Source: Verrucomicrobiota bacterium
GTDB taxonomy: Bacteria; Verrucomicrobiota; Verrucomicrobiia; Limisphaerales; SXTU01
DNA length: 64,000 bases
Direction of reading: 5' to 3'
Assembly (NCBI GenBank): GCA_016871445.1
Contig: VHDH01000004.1
Coordinates: 4,435-68,434 of the forward strand
Under the pieces are notes generated by a model. The model did not search any database, was not told the origin of the DNA, and was given only the letters and a program-made list of their open reading frames with translations. Shown here in pieces: positions 61,668 to 64,000 of the stretch. The translations under genes were made by a program, and so were the position numbers. Numbering within the stretch: position 1 is the first letter of the stretch; every line of letters begins with the position of its first letter.

Positions 61668-62249
61668 ATGTCACTCGAATCCGCCCTCGACGAGTATCCC
61701 AAGGCCCTGATGCTGCGCGACGGCCTCGTCTGCCAGGCGCGCCCGTTAGAACCAGGCGACCACGCGGCCTTCCATAAGTTCTTCACCTCGCTCAACCCGC
61801 CCGAGTTACTCTACATCAAGCATCGCGTCACCGAGCCGGAGGTGGTGCGCGCGTGGTGCGGGCAGATTGACCTTGGCCGCAACCTGCCCCTGCTCGCGTG
61901 GAGCGGCGGTGACATTGTGGGAGTCTGCACGCTGCACCAGTCGCTCGGCGGCTGGAAACGCCACATCGGCCGTGTGAGTGTGCATGTGCATCCGCAGTTT
62001 CGCGGGCGCGGCCTCGCGCAGGCACTCGTGGGGGAGACGGTGGAAATCGCGCGCGCTTGCAGCTTGGAAAAAGTGGAGGCCGAGTTCATCGGCATGCAGA
62101 AGGGCGCCATCAAAGTCTTTGGGCTGCTCGGCTTCAGTGAGTTGATCCGCCTGCCCGACTACGTGAAGGACATGCAGGCCATCACGCACGACTACGTGAT
62201 CATGGGCCTCGACCTGCTCACGGACGACGAATACGCCGGGATGGGCTAA
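61668..62249 (+). CDS. GNAT-family N-acetyltransferase
   Basis: Acetyl-CoA motif A HPQFRGRGLAQALV. A GTG alternative start lies at 61647. Confidence 0.8.
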   Translation: MSLESALDEYPKALMLRDGLVCQARPLEPGDHAAFHKFFTSLNPPELLYIKHRVTEPEVVRAWCGQIDLGRNLPLLAWSGGDIVGVCTLHQSLGGWKRHIGRVSVHVHPQFRGRGLAQALVGETVEIARACSLEKVEAEFIGMQKGAIKVFGLLGFSELIRLPDYVKDMQAITHDYVIMGLDLLTDDEYAGMG

Positions 62250-62329
62250 ATAAGGAAGCTCCCCCCAACCAAACCCAAACCTTAGACGCACGATAGCGAG
62301 CCCATAATTACTCGCGGCTTGAAACCAAT

Positions 62330-63355
62330 TCACCGATCGCCGCGCGGATCAAACGCGTCGCGCAGGCCGTCGCCAAAGAAGTTGAGCGCCAACAACGTGC
62401 TAACCAGCACCGCACCGGGGAAAACCAGTAGCCACCAGTAGATGCGGATGGGGTTGATCTGTGCCGCGCCATCCGCAATCAGGGAGCCGAGGCTTGCCTG
62501 GGGCGGCTGCACGCCGAGGCCAAGGTAGCTCAGGAAGGACTCGTAAAGCACGATGGCCGGCACCAAGAGCATCAAATACACGATGATGATGCCGGTGATG
62601 TTCGGCAGTATGTGACGGAGCAAAATGCGAGCGTGCGTCGCGCCCAGCGCCCGGCTGGCATCCACGAATTGCCGCGTGCGGAGCGTGAGCACCTGCCCGC
62701 GCACGATGCGCGCCATCGTCAACCACGACACCGCGCCCAAGCCGGCGAAGAGGCCGATGAACTTCGCGTTGCGGCTCCACTCCGGCGTGAGGTTGCCGGC
62801 GGCCTGGAGCTTGTCCAAGACGCCGTGCAACGTCGTGATCAGCACAATGACGAAAATAATGCTCGGCAGCGAGTAAAGCACGTCCACCACGCGCATCATC
62901 AGGCTGTCCCAACGTCCACCGAGGTAACCCGCCAGCGCGCCCCACAAAACGCCAATGACCAGGCTCACGCACGCACCCACAGCACCCACGAGCAACGACA
63001 CCCGCGCGCCGAACAGTACGCGGCTTAACAAGTCCCGCCCGTGCACGTCCGTGCCGAACCAGTGTCGGGCGGACGGCGGTTGAAATTGCGCATCCGAATG
63101 TTCGTCCGGCTGGTGAAAAACGGACTTCACTGCATCCGGCATGACGCCTGTTACCTTTGGGTGCGCCAGCACTGGCCAGAGCAAGATTGCACCGAGCAAA
63201 CCGGCCAGGAATACGGCGCATCCTGCGGCGAAGGAATTCTTCCGGAAGCGACGCCACGCGCGTTGATTGGGGCTGAGATGGATCTGCCCCAGCAATTCAT
63301 CCGACTCTGCCGCCGTACCCTGAAGCTTGGAGCCGGAAGCCTCTGTGCTACTCAT
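62330..63355 (-). CDS. ABC peptide/nickel transporter permease (OppC/DppC-like)
   Basis: Six TMs and the EAA-like loop VDASRALGATHARILLRHILPN. Its ATG 63355 overlaps the upstream permease stop by 8 nt. Confidence 0.85.
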   Translation of the reverse strand: MSSTEASGSKLQGTAAESDELLGQIHLSPNQRAWRRFRKNSFAAGCAVFLAGLLGAILLWPVLAHPKVTGVMPDAVKSVFHQPDEHSDAQFQPPSARHWFGTDVHGRDLLSRVLFGARVSLLVGAVGACVSLVIGVLWGALAGYLGGRWDSLMMRVVDVLYSLPSIIFVIVLITTLHGVLDKLQAAGNLTPEWSRNAKFIGLFAGLGAVSWLTMARIVRGQVLTLRTRQFVDASRALGATHARILLRHILPNITGIIIVYLMLLVPAIVLYESFLSYLGLGVQPPQASLGSLIADGAAQINPIRIYWWLLVFPGAVLVSTLLALNFFGDGLRDAFDPRGDR

Positions 63356-64000
63356 ACTTAACCCTCCGATCCAAATAGCTATAGGCCACATCCACGAGCA
63401 GATTTAACACAAGCAGCAGCACAGCGTAGAGTAACACCAAACCCACAACCATCGGGTAATCTCGGTTCAACGAGCTGTTCACCATGAACACACCGATGCC
63501 GGGGATGCGGAATAAATTCTCCACGACGAACGAGCCGGTGAGCAGGTCTGCCAACAGCGGACCGGAATAGGACACCACCGGCAGGATGGCGATACGCAAT
63601 GCATGCTTCAGCAGCACCGCCGTATCCCCTAGACCCTTGGCACGCGCGGTGACGATGAACTGGTCGTGCAGCGTCCCGAGCATCCCTTCGCGCATCAGTC
63701 GTGCGACGCGCCCCGCGAAGTAAAGCCCGAGGGTCACTGTTGGCAGCACGACATGCCACGGCGTCTCCCACAGCCCTACCGGAAATATTCGCCAATGAAT
63801 CGCCAACCCCATCACCAGCAATGGCCCGACTACCAGCGCTGGGACACACACCGCCAGAATAGCGATGAAACTGCCCGCGTAGTCGCCGAACTGTCCCTTG
63901 CGCACGGCAGCATAGAAACCCACAGGAATCCCCAACCCTAGAGCAAGCGCAAACGCCGCCAACCCGAGTGTGATTGAAACGGGCAACCCTTGCGCGATGA
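63348..64000 (-). CDS. ABC peptide transporter permease (OppB/DppB-like), 5' end beyond the window
   Basis: FIVTARAKGLGDTAVLLKHALRIAILPVVSY EAA loop and C-terminal YSYLDRRVKYE. The reading frame stays open to the window edge. Confidence 0.85.
   Translation of the reverse strand, partial: IAQGLPVSITLGLAAFALALGLGIPVGFYAAVRKGQFGDYAGSFIAILAVCVPALVVGPLLVMGLAIHWRIFPVGLWETPWHVVLPTVTLGLYFAGRVARLMREGMLGTLHDQFIVTARAKGLGDTAVLLKHALRIAILPVVSYSGPLLADLLTGSFVVENLFRIPGIGVFMVNSSLNRDYPMVVGLVLLYAVLLLVLNLLVDVAYSYLDRRVKYE

Noticed and set aside
1-64000. Search by eye for tRNA, rRNA, tmRNA/RNase P/SRP landmarks, CRISPR repeats, transposase/integrase genes and prophage or defence-island signatures (including Zorya-like MotAB defence modules)
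   Set aside because: None was found. Intergenic regions are short, and no T-loop GTTCGAATC-type or GAGGAAAGTCC-type landmarks were seen. The MotA/ExbB-ExbD pair lacks the long ZorA tail and ZorC/D-type partners. An eye scan cannot exclude small RNAs, so tRNAscan-SE and Infernal should be run.

Overview
High-GC (about 60%) bacterial chromosomal segment. The gene content suggests the PVC superphylum, most likely Verrucomicrobiota; this is inferred from DUF1080, DUF1501, FGE-fold, PQQ-propeller and giant TPR proteins, and no marker gene is present. I can support about 50 tightly packed protein genes. Housekeeping genes are dapF, argJ-argB-argD, purF, engB, rlmM, kup, an FKBP isomerase, a mannose-1-P guanylyltransferase-like gene, ABC/Opp components, and many secreted or lipoprotein hydrolases. 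By eye I found no rRNA, tRNA, CRISPR array, transposase or integrase. Many ORF-track starts are TTG/GTG extensions. I trimmed them to the first ATG that gives a sensible signal peptide or N-terminal motif, and checked each on the DNA. The main candidate for an undescribed system is a roughly 13.7 kb co-directional minus-strand block (31886-45542). In it a MotA/TolQ/ExbB-ExbD/TolR proton-motor pair sits among three TPR proteins, one of them 2323 aa with a discoidin domain and repeated beta-type modules. The block also holds a mini TolA-like protein and a DUF4159-like protein. No TonB, TolB, Pal or TonB-dependent receptor partner is present. A WYL-domain regulator is transcribed divergently from it. 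The second strongest call is a c-di-AMP (ydaO-type) riboswitch in front of kup. Other observations are TTGGA-rich palindromic elements inside the block, a G10 homopolymer in the giant gene, and Pho-box-like direct repeats upstream of an OprO/P-type porin. All functional calls rest on motifs read from the translations; no database search was run.
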